A stretch of DNA of 62,575 nucleotides, counting the filler, from Aduncisulcus paluster (taxonomy: Eukaryota): the NCBI GenBank assembly GCA_024181965.1. It is 7 parts of 7 records of this genome, joined end to end, with 100 filler letters (N's around TTAATTAATTAA, not from the genome) between each part and the next. Parts side by side here need not be neighbours in the genome. Positions count along the whole stretch, not along the records: positions 46,724 to 51,529 come from BQXS01010022.1; positions 51,630 to 58,558 come from BQXS01010023.1; positions 58,659 to 62,575 come from BQXS01010024.1; 4 more parts are not named here. The stretch is one strand, 5' to 3'. The position numbers and the translations under genes are program-made. This document shows, piece after piece, positions 46,726-58,660 of this stretch. The notes beneath the pieces were generated by a model. The model saw only the letters and a program-made list of their open reading frames with translations, was not told the origin of the DNA and made no database searches. Every line of letters starts with the position of its first letter. The stretch's first letter is position 1.

Positions 46726-49700
46726 GCCTTCGAGGTGATTGCTGGTCAGTTTGATCACAACAGTGCCGGTGGTAAGGGAGGTGATTTCCACTTCACCTTG
46801 ACCATGAGTCTTCTCATGAATCCAGATTACATGATCCTTGATGCTGAGTTCTCTGGATCTTCTGCTGGCAGTGATGGTGGATCCATATACCTTACTGTTC
46901 CTTTCGTCAATATTTCTGGATGTTCCTTTACTAACTGTTCCAGTGGTGGAAGTGGTGGTGCTGTGTACCTCACCAAACCCAAGGGTGTCTTTTCCTCTTC
47001 TTACACCCAGCTTGATCTCTCTGGTACCGAATTCAAGAACTGTTCTGCCGTTCAATATGCCGGTGGTTTGTACACCGAGTACTTAATTGTCGATCTCCAG
47101 ACTGCTGCCTCTCCATGTACGTTCAATCAGTGTACATGTGGTGCAGGTGGATGTGGAATGATGGCTGAAGACATTGAGTTGGCTTCATGGGTTGGTGAGA
47201 TCACACAGGATGTTCTTTATGAATTCAACAGCTGTGGTCTTAGCTCAACTCCTGCATACACTGCTGCCTCTGCTTTCTACTTGCAGACGGATGAGTTGTT
47301 ATTGTACAGTGACATTGATATTTTCCTTTCTCTCCTTGCTTTCAACAACTGTGCCAGTCCCTTAGCCTTGATTGGTACTGCTGAGTGCACTTCTTCTCAG
47401 CATGAGGTCATCCACAACTACAGTGTCAAATGTATTGACAATGATGTTTGGGACTGTACTAACGGAGGTGAAGATCTGATGCACGTTCTTGACTCAGATG
47501 GAGATTGTGTGTGCAAGCCTGGAAACAATGATGACTGTACCGCTCCTCTTGACGATTACATGCGTGAGGCAATTGTTCCTCTTAATGCTGGATCCAAGCA
47601 TAACAAAAATGCCAATTTTGGTGCTGGTATTGTTTCCACTGACAACATGGTTGGTGTTATCCAAGAAGGTACTTTGAACTTCTATGCTATTGTGAAGGAT
47701 ATTGACAATGTCACGCTTGAATACATTGTTCAGGATGATATTACAACAGCCAGCAATGGATCTACTCGTCTTGCTTCCGCCAGGGATTGGATTGTTGCTG
47801 CCGACAGTTCTTCCATTTATGCATACACCATGAACGATAGTCGTATTGTCCTCGAGGAGACATGGTTTACCCTCAGTAATGCTAGTCTTGTCAGTTTTGG
47901 TGTTGATCCTTGCACTTCCTACACAACCGTTGCAGCTCAGTACTCTGACGATGACGATACCACCTACCTTTTCATGGGTCGTCTGAGTGAGGATGGATCC
48001 GAGATTGTGTATGGACAAGGTTATGGTGACAGCAGTTACCCAGGCATTACTTGTAGTGGACTCTACTGTTTCGCCTATGGTAACACTTACAAGAACGATC
48101 CTGCTGCTAGTGGTTTCATGTTTGACGAGGTTTCAGGTGAACCTGTCTTCATTGGAGGTGATTGGGATATCGCGCGTCCTGACGATGCCACAACCTCATT
48201 TGCCTCTTCTATGGCTATGTGTAACAATGTTGTGTTCATTGCTGATCCTGAGAAGGAGACTCTGTACATTTACAAGCTCCAAGAGGTTGTCGATGACATT
48301 CCAACCCCTGTCCTTGTTTCCACCCAGCAATTCATTGATACCAACTATTATGGTCTTGATATCAAGTGTATGGATAATATTTTCATGGTTAGTGCCCAAT
48401 ATGTTGACACTAACGCAGTTTCTGATGAGAACTCTGAACATTTCTACACTCATATTGATGTTTGGGATTGTATTGATGTTGATGCAACTTCTGCTTCCCT
48501 GTCATGTTTCATTGATACAACTCTCACTGACCCAACTGGTGACAGCTATGACCATCTCTTTGGTTATCCTGATGCTACTAAACATGATGGTGAGTATCCA
48601 ATGCCTTGGTTTGACGCCACTTATCTGGATAACGTTGCTGATGCTTCTGATTTGGTCCTCATGGTAGGTTCTCCTGGAGTCGGATTCACCACCAATGAGG
48701 GAACTGTTTATTCCTTTGGAAATTTGTTGGATACTTGCTTTGATGTTTATGTTGATTCTGACGGAGATGATGATAATGCTTGTATATCTGCTGATACTCC
48801 TTGTAAAACTATTAGTGGTGCACTCTCTTATGTTAAAACCATTTCTGAGATGAGTTCTAGTATCAAGAATCATCCTTGCTTTAATGTCAACATTTCTGAC
48901 AATGCATCAAATTCATTCGGATCTGATTTTGTCATTGACGTTGAATACTCTGAGTTTTACCCCTATTTGAGTTCTATTTCTCTCATTTGTTCAACCGATT
49001 CATGTATTGTTACCATGGATGGTTCCATTTCTGTTGACGATTCTATTGAGTTCTCTATTGATATGGATGGACTTTACTTTGTGTCTTCCAATGGTACTGA
49101 TGCTTCTAATGTTGACTATTTGCTCTCTGGAGCCAGTCTTTCAGTCACTATGACAAACTGTCTCTTCCAGAACATCCAGGACATTGGTATTTCCAATTCT
49201 AAGACTCTCTTCATTGACTCTGTTGACATCTCCCAGTACACATATAGTAACTCCTTATTTGTGACTTCTGAAACTGCTAATGCAGTGCTTCTTAATCTTA
49301 TTTCCGTCAGAGTCAATGATGGATCTTACTATTCCATTTTCGATACACCTAATCTTGCCGTTGAGCAAGTCAGTGTGCAAAACTCATATGCTCGACTCTG
49401 GACAGGGAAGAATGGAAGTACAGACAAATGTGCAATCAGTGATAGTACATTTAATGGTATTTCCTGCAATGACGCCACAGTAATAAGCTGTGCGAGTTGT
49501 GCACTTTCATTTATGAATAACACTGTTTCAAGTTCTGATCAGATCTCCATTAAGATTCCTGCTATCCAGATCACCCAAGCTATCCCTTCTTCAATCACCA
49601 TTTCCGGCAGTTCATTCTCTGATATCAGTGTTCCAACCCGTGGTGGTGCTATCATTATGTATATCACTACAGAAGGTAGTCTTGATATGACTAATAACGT

Positions 49701-51529
49701 ATTTTCTAAAAATACAGCAGGAGTGAGTGGAGGAGCCATTTATCTGTCCACTTCCGTTGCCGTGGATATTGACATGTCTGGATCTTCCTTTACTGAATGC
49801 ATGTCTGGAGACGCAACAACTCAAGATGGAGTCGGAGGTGGTGCTGTAATGATTGATGCTTCAAATGTCACTGATGGTAATGTTTCTTTCTCTATGCTTG
49901 GTGGGCAATTCACTGGAAATGCTGGTAAGAGTTTAAGTAGCAATGGTGGTGCTTTGATGCTTTTGAATGTTGCAGAAATATCTCTGGGAAATATTTATTT
50001 CATTGGTAACTATGTATCTCTCAATGGAGGAGGTATTTATGCCACAGGAATCTCTACGGTTAACATTGCATCTTGTACTTTCATCGAGTCTGGATCTGGC
50101 GTGAATGGAGGTGATGTATACGTCGAGGGTGCTGATGGGGTCGATAATACGACATTATCCTTCATCAACAACTCGTCTGCAAGATCCATGAGTGGTAACG
50201 GAGGAGCTATATATGGAAAAATTGACAATTTGAACGTTTATGGTTCCAAGTTCGATAGTAACAGTGCTGCAGTGAATATTGGAGAAGTTGGTGGAGATGG
50301 AGGTGCTATTTTGGTGACTCCAAAGAGTGATGATGGTGAAGTCTTTGTTAGAATAGCTTCAAATACCTTTAGTTACACTACTTGTAATGGTCGTGGAGGT
50401 TCTGTATGTATTCTTGGCACTGGTCGAATGGATTTAAGTGCTGTCAAGAACTCAAATACTTCCAACCATATCACTGCTTTTTACGGTGCTGTCATGTTCA
50501 TTGAGTCAATCTCTGCGGATCAATCATTCACTGGATCAGGATCGGCCTGGTTGGTGCTTGATGCTACTGCGATGGAGACTGGAACTGTTATTGTTTCTGG
50601 AAATGGAGATGGATCTCAGGAATTTGTTGAGTATTTCTCTCATTACACATCTATTGAAGAAGTAACCTGCAACAAAGCACCATATGTTGCTGGATATACC
50701 ACCTGTGACGATGGAAATAGTCTGTTTGCCATTGGTGATGAGTTGATATGTGTTGATTCAAACCTCAAGGATTGTGAGAGTCAAACTGTTGGAAATTGGC
50801 TTTATGATGAAAATTCCAACTGTGTATGTGCACTCGGTTGGACTGGCTCCAACTGTGATGAGCCCATGTATGATTCTGTTGTGAATACATTTGTCGCCCC
50901 TCCAACAAAGTCTGATGGATTTGCCTCAACTGTCAGTTCTTTCCACACTGTCACTGCCACAATGAATAGTAACAACAGTGTTTTTGTCTATGAAAAGACT
51001 TTGAACGATGACGAAACTGAAACTCTCAGTGAGTATCTCGCCTTTGTTATAGAACCCTCATATCCTGGCCGTACTGATACTGATGTTGTGTTGAAAGATG
51101 TAGCCGTATCTGGTAATTTTGTCGCCGTGTGTATTAAGGGAGGAATGGTAATTTATAGCGTTGGAACTGATGTTGCTACTAGCACTTATTATGGTGATGG
51201 AGAGAGTCAATGTGTCGCTGTCTCTGCCGGAGGTGATGGTAAGGATGACGGAACATATAATTTCCTCAACTCTTACTTCTCTGCCATTCTCTTACAGAAT
51301 GATGGTTCTTATTCCATGTATACTGAACGTCTTGGACACAACACATGGTACAAGGATGATCCTGTTACTGTGGATGGATTTGAGCTTTTTGATGTTAGTA
51401 CAATGGCATATTCTTACTCTTCTAACGCTACTCTCACTCTTGTTGATCGTGACTCGTCATTCAGCACAAACATCTCATATGAACCAACTGATCTTGCTGT
51501 TTGTGGAGACATTACCTACACTGTTCTCT
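46726..51529 (+). CDS. Giant extracellular protein with Pmp/pectin-lyase-like GGA(I/V)-FxxN beta-helix repeats, EGF-like and propeller-like segments; partial at both ends
   Basis: >1600-aa open frame spanning the whole contig. Many GGAIY/GGSIY/FSKNTAG repeats, CVCALGWTGSNC EGF motif, VYVDSDG..C....PCKTI..AL cap, VGSPG FG-GAP-like motif. Confidence 0.8.
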
Positions 51530-51631
51530 NNNNNNNNNNNNNNNNNNNNNNNNNNNNNNNNNNNNNNNNNNNNTTAATTAATTAANNNNNNNNNNNNNNN
51601 NNNNNNNNNNNNNNNNNNNNNNNNNNNNNAA

Positions 51632-52465
51632 TCCAGATCACACAAAAAGAAAGTGTTGGAGACGAAGAAAAAGAGTAGGAAAGATAAAAAAAGAGATAAG
51701 AGAAAGAAAGGGAAAGGCCATGATCAAAAACATCACGGGAAGAGCAAGAAAAGAAGATCTTATCATTCACAGCGTGATAGTGATACAGTGTACTCTTCCG
51801 ATGAGTTTTCTGACGAATACTCTTCTTCTTCTTCTTCTTTCCCGTCCGTGGGATCTGTTTCACCCACTTTTCCATACCACCCAGCTTCGTATTATGTTGG
51901 CAAAACTCATGCAGACATGCATGACCAACCAATGGAACGTGATTACGCGATAATCAAAAGATCTCATCACAAACAACCTAACAAACATCACCACACCAAA
52001 TCCAAACATGCATCATATTCACGTTCTTCTCAGAGCAGATCAAAACATTCAGGATCACACAACGCAAGACGCTCAGGACATTCTTCAAAGTATGATATGA
52101 AGGATTCGTTGAGAGATTCTTCGGAAGTCTCGAAAAGTCAAATTTTGTCCGAACGTTTGGCCGCTGTTGCAGCTCAAGAAATATCAAAGTGTTCATCACA
52201 ACTCGATGATAAAGAGAAAAAGCTTGGTGAATTGGAAGAAGCCATCATATACCTTGCTGAGACTGGATCTAAATTGCTCCATAAACATGAATCTCTTTCT
52301 CACTCTGCTATTTTTAGTCGATCTTCCATGGCTGGAGGAGACCGAGGTTTCAGAGCCTCCATGTATGACCCAGGCAAAGAAGAAGACAAAACATCACTTC
52401 GTCTGGAGAAAATTGGAGGACTCATTAAACAAATTCATGACCTGGAAAGTGGAGTTTCTGAATGA
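51632..52465 (+). CDS. Hypothetical K/H/S-rich protein with C-terminal coiled coil, 5'-partial
   Basis: Open frame from the contig start to TGA 52465. Confidence 0.65.
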   Translation, partial: SRSHKKKVLETKKKSRKDKKRDKRKKGKGHDQKHHGKSKKRRSYHSQRDSDTVYSSDEFSDEYSSSSSSFPSVGSVSPTFPYHPASYYVGKTHADMHDQPMERDYAIIKRSHHKQPNKHHHTKSKHASYSRSSQSRSKHSGSHNARRSGHSSKYDMKDSLRDSSEVSKSQILSERLAAVAAQEISKCSSQLDDKEKKLGELEEAIIYLAETGSKLLHKHESLSHSAIFSRSSMAGGDRGFRASMYDPGKEEDKTSLRLEKIGGLIKQIHDLESGVSE

Positions 52466-52687
52466 GATCACTGATCGCTGATGGCATCCGAGTCTTGACT
52501 TTCTCTCTAACGATAAAAATGAGTAGTCCTACTGCTGGAATTTATGGTTTTATTTATTTTGTCAAACAACAATAAAAAAATAATCTGATTTCAGGAATGA
52601 TAAGTATCAGTTGACCTTATTAAAGATCAGGCGAACATGAAATTCTAAAATAAACATTACCACAAACATAAATTTATCTTAAATAAG

Positions 52688-52895
52688 TAAGGCCGCTCCT
52701 GTCGGACACGTGTAAGGACAGGGCAACCGCGAAACATACCCCCGCAGCAAGCTGCAAGGTGGGCACGAATCAAGAACTCAAAAAATAAAAAAGACGTCAA
52801 GTGGCTGCAAAACAACCACATTAATCCGTCAGGATTAATCGAACAGTTACTACAAATGATCGAAGCATCTAAAAGATACTAACGAGACGAAAGAA
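52688..52895 (-). ncRNA. U2: U2 spliceosomal snRNA (divergent)
   Basis: Minus strand, in order: stem I AGUAUC-UUUUA-GAUGCU; GCU-UC-GAUCA (U6 helix Ib/Ia); UGUAGUA-A-CUGUUC (branch-pairing GUAGUA = 52853-52848); stem IIa AUUAAUCC-UGAC-GGAUUAAU; stem IIb GUGGUUG-UUUUG-CAGCCAC; CGUC complementary to the IIa loop (IIc); Sm site AUUUUUUG (52786-52779); two GC-rich 3' hairpins with G-U pairs, the last with loop CUUACAC. Ends approximate. Confidence 0.88.
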
Positions 52896-53402
52896 AAAGA
52901 TGAAATCCGATCAAGATATTAAAAATCGAATGCAGAGAAGAAAATAGAAAAATAAAATCAAATTATGTTATTAAATAATTCTTAAATAATTTATTTTCTC
53001 ATCAAAATTTTGTATAAATTCATGGATTATAGGTTTTATGAAAAATCTATTTGATTTATTGAAAAATACACAATACAGGTACCAAATAATTAAAATTGAT
53101 AGATATGACCAATGGGATGAATTTATTTTAACGATTTGAAGTCAATTTTGAAAGTATCTATGTTAGAAAGCGGGTTCATCAATCTAAGCCTGAATCAAGT
53201 CAATCAAACTCATAATACAATAATATAACAAAAATTGTCTATTAAAGATGAAACTATCTGTCATTGATACACAAAAAAACATCGTTGTTTCAACAATAAA
53301 AAGTATTTTGGATCTAAGAAGAAGAAAAGACATTTGCCATTTGTTCAAAAAACAAACAAATAGAGAATCAAAAAGAATATAGTTAAAATCGAATGACGAT
53401 AG

Positions 53403-53423
53403 AAAGAGAGAGAGAGAGAGAGA
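53403..53423. repeat. (GA)n microsatellite
   Basis: aaagagagagagagagagagag. Confidence 0.85.
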
Positions 53424-53672
53424 GTGGATGGAAGGATCAATCACCTTTGAATCACAGAAAAAACAAGAAAACAAAAAACCAAATTACAACAAGGAAAACA
53501 AAAGAAAACACGAAAACATAGTTCAAGATAAGCATAATCTGATCTCCATAACAACAATATAACTGTGTGGGGACGAGTAAATGTAGAGATGAAGTTAATA
53601 GTTCTAGATCTCAGTTTCTGGTTTCTCATTCTAAAAATAGAAACCTTGAATCATCAATCAAATCATCTATAT

Positions 53673-55707
53673 TCACTCGTAACGAATATACAATGTCTTT
53701 TTATCATATGTTCTCATAATCATTCCTTGCTTCCGCACAGGTGCAGTCTCATACGTTCCAAACAAAGGCACAGTTTCTGAAGAACCAAGGGAAATGGCAT
53801 TCTTTTTGAGCAATTTCCTCAACTCCTTTTGCTCTTTCTTTTGTTTCTTCTTCTGTATGCGTTCTTCTCTCAAAATGGTGACTTTTCCTTCCTTTAAATC
53901 AACTTTTCTCATTTCGGGTGAGGATATAGATTCCTTGGAACGTTCCTTGTCATCGTCATCGCTGTCTCCAAGACGTTCGGCTATCCGCTCAACGCTTTCA
54001 CTCTCACTCATGCTTAAGATAGAGGCAGAGTTCACACGAGAGTGTCCGAGATCAGCAACAGTGTCCTTCTCTTCTGTTGTATGGGCATGGTCATCATCTG
54101 CAACAACGGATGCACCAATAATGGGACCATCGGAAGTGTGATGAGGTTCAGGGACCTTGAGAGCTTCGATACGAGCAGCAACAGCGGGGGGCATTTTCGC
54201 ACTATCGGAAGAGACTGAAGCAAGACATCCATCGTGCTCTTCTTCGTCGTCAGCATGTTCTTTGGCATCTGAGGCCTCTCCAACTTCAATTGAACGAATA
54301 TGACTACGAGAATGACTGCGGCTAGTCATATATAGAGAATCGCTTTGAGAGCCAAGAGCAGTCAATGCATTATCGCCCATGTATCCTTCACGATCGTCAA
54401 TAACACCTGCTGTGAGAAGTTTCTCAAGAACATGGTTCCATGGGGCGTATCCGAGGAGCCAGTCAACAAACACAAGCTTGTGGGTCACATTGAGTGGGGA
54501 ACGAGCAAGGTTACCTTGAGAACACATGTATTTACGAACATTCTCGGCAAAAAGGGCGGGAGACTTGGCTTCTTCTTCGGATGGAACGTAAGGGTTCAAG
54601 AAATTAACATTGGCACGTGTAATGGGGGAAGCCAAGACACGCAAGAGGTTGTGAATGAATTGCTCAGCGGCCCAATTGGGTGAGCTAGCCATGTAAGGGT
54701 ATTCAAGGAGTACAGGCTGGATGGAACCACCAGGCCTGAAGATACCATGCCTGAATTGAAGCAATTGTTCACCATTGTTTGTAGCTCCCTCAGGGAATAC
54801 TGCAAGAAAAGTATCTTTATCGGTTGAAAGAACCTTATCTTTGATATCTTGACCAGCTTTTCTTCTACTTTCAACACTTCTACGATCAACGAATATACTC
54901 CCTCCGAAGGAAGCCACAGCCCCAACAATAATAGTATCTTTAACTGAGATTCGCGCAACAAATCCACTGTATCCCTTTGAGAGAAGGATCAAAATGTCCA
55001 ACCAGGATTGGTGAGGGCCTACACAAGCACAAGCAGATTGGAATGGCTGTCCTTTAATATTAATGTACCAAACACCCATAATAAAAAGCATCATCCTAAC
55101 ACCAAATTGAAGGACAATCATTGCAAATCTATGCCGCTTCAATGCTGGATTATAAATGAACTCTTTATCGGAAATAAGGAGTAGACGGAAGAAACCATAA
55201 GTTAAGGGCATAATTATAAAAAGAAGGATGAGACGAATGGGAACAAGAATAAGTCCCCCAAGGATATATTTCACATAGGTTAGCCATCTTAAACTCTTNN
55301 NNNNNNNNNNNNNNNNNNGAGAGAAGGATCAAAATGTCCAACCAGGATTGGTGAGGGCCTACACAAGCACAAGCAGATTGGAATGGCTGTCCTTTAATAT
55401 TAATGTACCAAACACCCATAATAAAAAGCATCATCCTAACACCAAATTGAAGGACAATCATTGCAAATCTATGCCGCTTCAATGCTGGATTATAAATGAA
55501 CTCTTTATCGGAAATAAGGAGTAGACGGAAGAAACCATAAGTTAAGGGCATAATTACAAAAAGAAGGATGAGACGAATGGGAACAAGAATAAGTCCCCCA
55601 AGGATATATTTCACATAGGTTAGCCATCTTAAACTCTTCACCTCTAGACGATATAATGGACGAAAATGCCAACGAGCTTGCTCTGTTAATGATCCAGTTG
55701 AACTCAT
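53673..55707 (-). CDS. Lysophospholipid acyltransferase (LPCAT/AGPAT, PlsC family) with acidic low-complexity tail; split by a gap duplication
   Basis: N-terminal TM (ILVPIRLILLF), HQSWLD (HX4D), IFVDR, VFPEGATNNG..LLQFRHGIF.PG..IQPV..Y. Duplicated overlap around 55299-55318. Confidence 0.88.
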
Positions 55708-56122
55708 TTAAAGAAATAAGAGGTACCTTCTATTTTGTGAAAGGTATCAAGAAAAAAAAACATGATCAGCAATTGTGGACACTGTCCATACTGGCAGTAC
55801 ATTCGTCTCCGACTTTATTTCGAACCGACACCGGTAAATCAATGAATTATAAATTGAAACACATTGAAAAATGACAGTTTTTTAATTATTTCTCCAGGAG
55901 AAGAGAGATATCGAATGGGATGTCTCTAGAAGCTAATCTTATAAAGCCTCATTATAAATTGTGGACTATTTTTGCTATTTACTGTTTGTATATGATAATA
56001 TCACAGTTTGATTTTCAAAGTAAAGCAACACCCTGGATGTATGAGGTCTCATTGCGAAATCTTTGTTTTGAATACAAAACTTCCAATGTCCTTCGGTTTG
56101 GCATTTCTTCAATTGTCTAATA

Positions 56123-57786
56123 ATGGAAAAAAACAGAAAGATTGTTGTTTCTCGTCGTAGAAAACATTCTCCTTCCCATGTTCAAGCATCTCCAATTCGG
56201 CCTTCAGTTGATCATCTACCACCAATATTTGGAACTCAATATCGGGAATCAGAGGAAAGCCATATAGATCTAGAATCTAGACACCCCAAGGCATTACTTG
56301 AGAGGGACTTTTCTCGAATTCCCATTGATGATGCTGCAGGACTTGGTGCAATTCCTCCTTCATTCGAAGGTGATATTGAAACTAAAATGTCAGATAAAAT
56401 GTTGGAAGAAGCCCAAGACCAGCAAGATTTAGACCAATCTGATGATATTACTATAGAGAGCATTCCAGCTGAAGATATTGGAGGAGATCAAATTATTATC
56501 GACCATTCGCGAATTCTTCCACATCAAGTCGCCATAAATGAAGAGTTACGTCCTTTACATGAAACCGAATCAACAAATACAACCCATTCCACCCATGAAT
56601 TAAGCCTTCCATCTCGTGGTTATACAATTTCTCCATTGATTCCGTCGTCTACTGCCGATAGTAAGACGGACAGCACCATTGCACGACAGGAATTTGAGAG
56701 GGCAAGTCGTTCAAGAGCACGATTTGATGATGAATCAGCTGAAGCTCAACCATCTCTTCAAGATATTGGCCTTCCGCGTTACGAGAGAGAGAGTAGGGGT
56801 ATTCAATACCATAGAAGAGGTTCTTACCCTCAATATATCTCCAATGAAAGCCAGCTTACTCCACAAGAACGAGTTCTTTTACACACATCTGTTGGTGTTT
56901 CCCATGAAGGTTCGAAGATGTTTACTGAGCCCAAGGCACATTTATTCCCCAGATATCCTCTCCTTCCACCTTCTCTTAATCCCATTTTCCCTGTTAGCGA
57001 GCTTGTTCCAATGACATCCAAATCCGAGTGGAATATCGAAGCTGTTCTGACTGATCACGATATTATTTGTCGACGTCTGGCTGCGATTGCAATGCGAATG
57101 AGAATGGTTAAATACCAAGAATTAGAGCGGAAGAAGAGAGATATGGGTCATGTTGAGGAGGAGGAGGAGGAAGACGAAGAAAGAGAAGGAGAAGAGGATT
57201 TATCTTCAAAGGAGTCAGATCAAGATATTGTCAAGGAAGAGGATGAAGGAAGAGAAGAAGAAGAAGATGTTGTTGATCGTTCGAAATTTATCCCGGGAAA
57301 ATATTCGCAAGACTATTTTATTGAATTTACACGGCTTGTGAACAAGTATAGGTCGATCATATCNNNNNNNNNNNNNNNNNNNNGGTTAAATACCAAGAAT
57401 TAGAGCGGAAGAAGAGAGATATGGGTCATGTTGAGGAGGAGGAGGAGGAAGACGAAGAAAGAGAAGGAGAAGAGGATTTATCTTCAAAGGAGTCAGATCA
57501 AGATATTGTCAAGGAAGAGGATGAAGGAAGAGAAGAAGAAGAAGATGTTGTTGATCGTTCGAAATTTATCCCGGGAAAATATTCGCAAGACTATTTTATT
57601 GAATTTACACGGCTTGTGAACAAGTATAGGTCGATCATATCAAGAATTTCGCCACATCCGCCAATCATAATATCGCCAGAGGCAAGATTTACAATGGGAT
57701 TGCCATTGATCTGTGGAAAGGAAATATCAAGGCCAAGTTGGGCAGAGGACCTGTTTCAAAGCTTACTTAAAGGACAGGAATTCTAA
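56123..57786 (+). CDS. Hypothetical largely disordered/acidic protein; split by a gap duplication
   Basis: ORFs 56123-57403 and 57421-57786 share a duplicated block across gap 57364-57383. Confidence 0.7.
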
Positions 57787-58087
57787 TAAAGTTTCTTATC
57801 TCATAATATTGGAAACAACATTTCCATGTCATTTTGAATGTTGTCAGAGAAAGCAACAAACATTGTTTTCCTTTCCAAAAACAAATAGATACTCCAAAAG
57901 TTAGTAAACCAAAATCTATATTTCAGTTTTAAGTTCTCAAGTAACTCAATTGTGGCACTTCCATTACTAATGGGTATCTACCCTTCTATGTGGGCTTGGA
58001 AGAGGCCTGTGTATAAGAGAAGCGACTTGTGTATCGTCTTACAGCTGGAATTTAATCCAAAAGAAAGAACCAAAGAGCAAGGGTAGT

Positions 58088-58558
58088 CAGGGATAAAACG
58101 AAAATACCGGGACCGGCAGGTGCCGGTATTTTAAATACCGGCAAAATGTTCCAGCCAGAAATAGTCATTAAATTAAACATTTATGATATTATTTTAAAGA
58201 ATTTGTGTGTTTATAACTCGATTTAAGCATTTGAAACATTATAACTATTTGATATCAGACATTGGAAGTATTTGGGAGTTTTTTGTCACATTTTGAAAGT
58301 GATAGTTCATAATTATAGTGTAAAAATGCTTTTAAGGTTACTTTTATAAATTTAAAGCGACTTTTATGCTCAAATTAAATGAATGAAGATTTTATTTGTC
58401 ATTTTTTATTTTTGGGAGCGTTGGGATCTTTGAGAAGTTCTTTTCATAATTTCAGGTTTTTCTATTTTCATAGATTCCAGATATTCAACCCAATTTGGCA
58501 AGGGGAGCGCCTTAGTCTCCTTTTGTTTGCACTTCTTAAAACATGAGCATTTCCCGGT
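58088..58558. mobile_element. Second non-autonomous hAT-like element (Ac/Ds-like end), right TIR cut by the contig end
   Basis: Starts CAGGGATAAAACGAAAATACCGGGA (cf. Ac TIR CAGGGATGAAA). Clustered ACCGG/CCGGT subterminal repeats, including near-palindrome GCCGGTATTTTAAATACCGGC. AT-rich noncoding interior; contig ends TCCCGGT, the reverse complement of the left-end ACCGGGA. Confidence 0.6.
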
Positions 58559-58660
58559 NNNNNNNNNNNNNNNNNNNNNNNNNNNNNNNNNNNNNNNNNN
58601 NNTTAATTAATTAANNNNNNNNNNNNNNNNNNNNNNNNNNNNNNNNNNNNNNNNNNNNGA

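Noticed and set aside
52691-52770. GC-rich hairpins as an HDV-like or hammerhead ribozyme
   Set aside because: No CUGANGA core or HDV pseudoknot; fully explained as U2 stems III and IV.
58008-58020. TGTGTATAAGAGA, 13 nt of the Tn5/Nextera mosaic end
   Set aside because: Partial match with discordant flanks; chance or an adapter trace, not a biological element.
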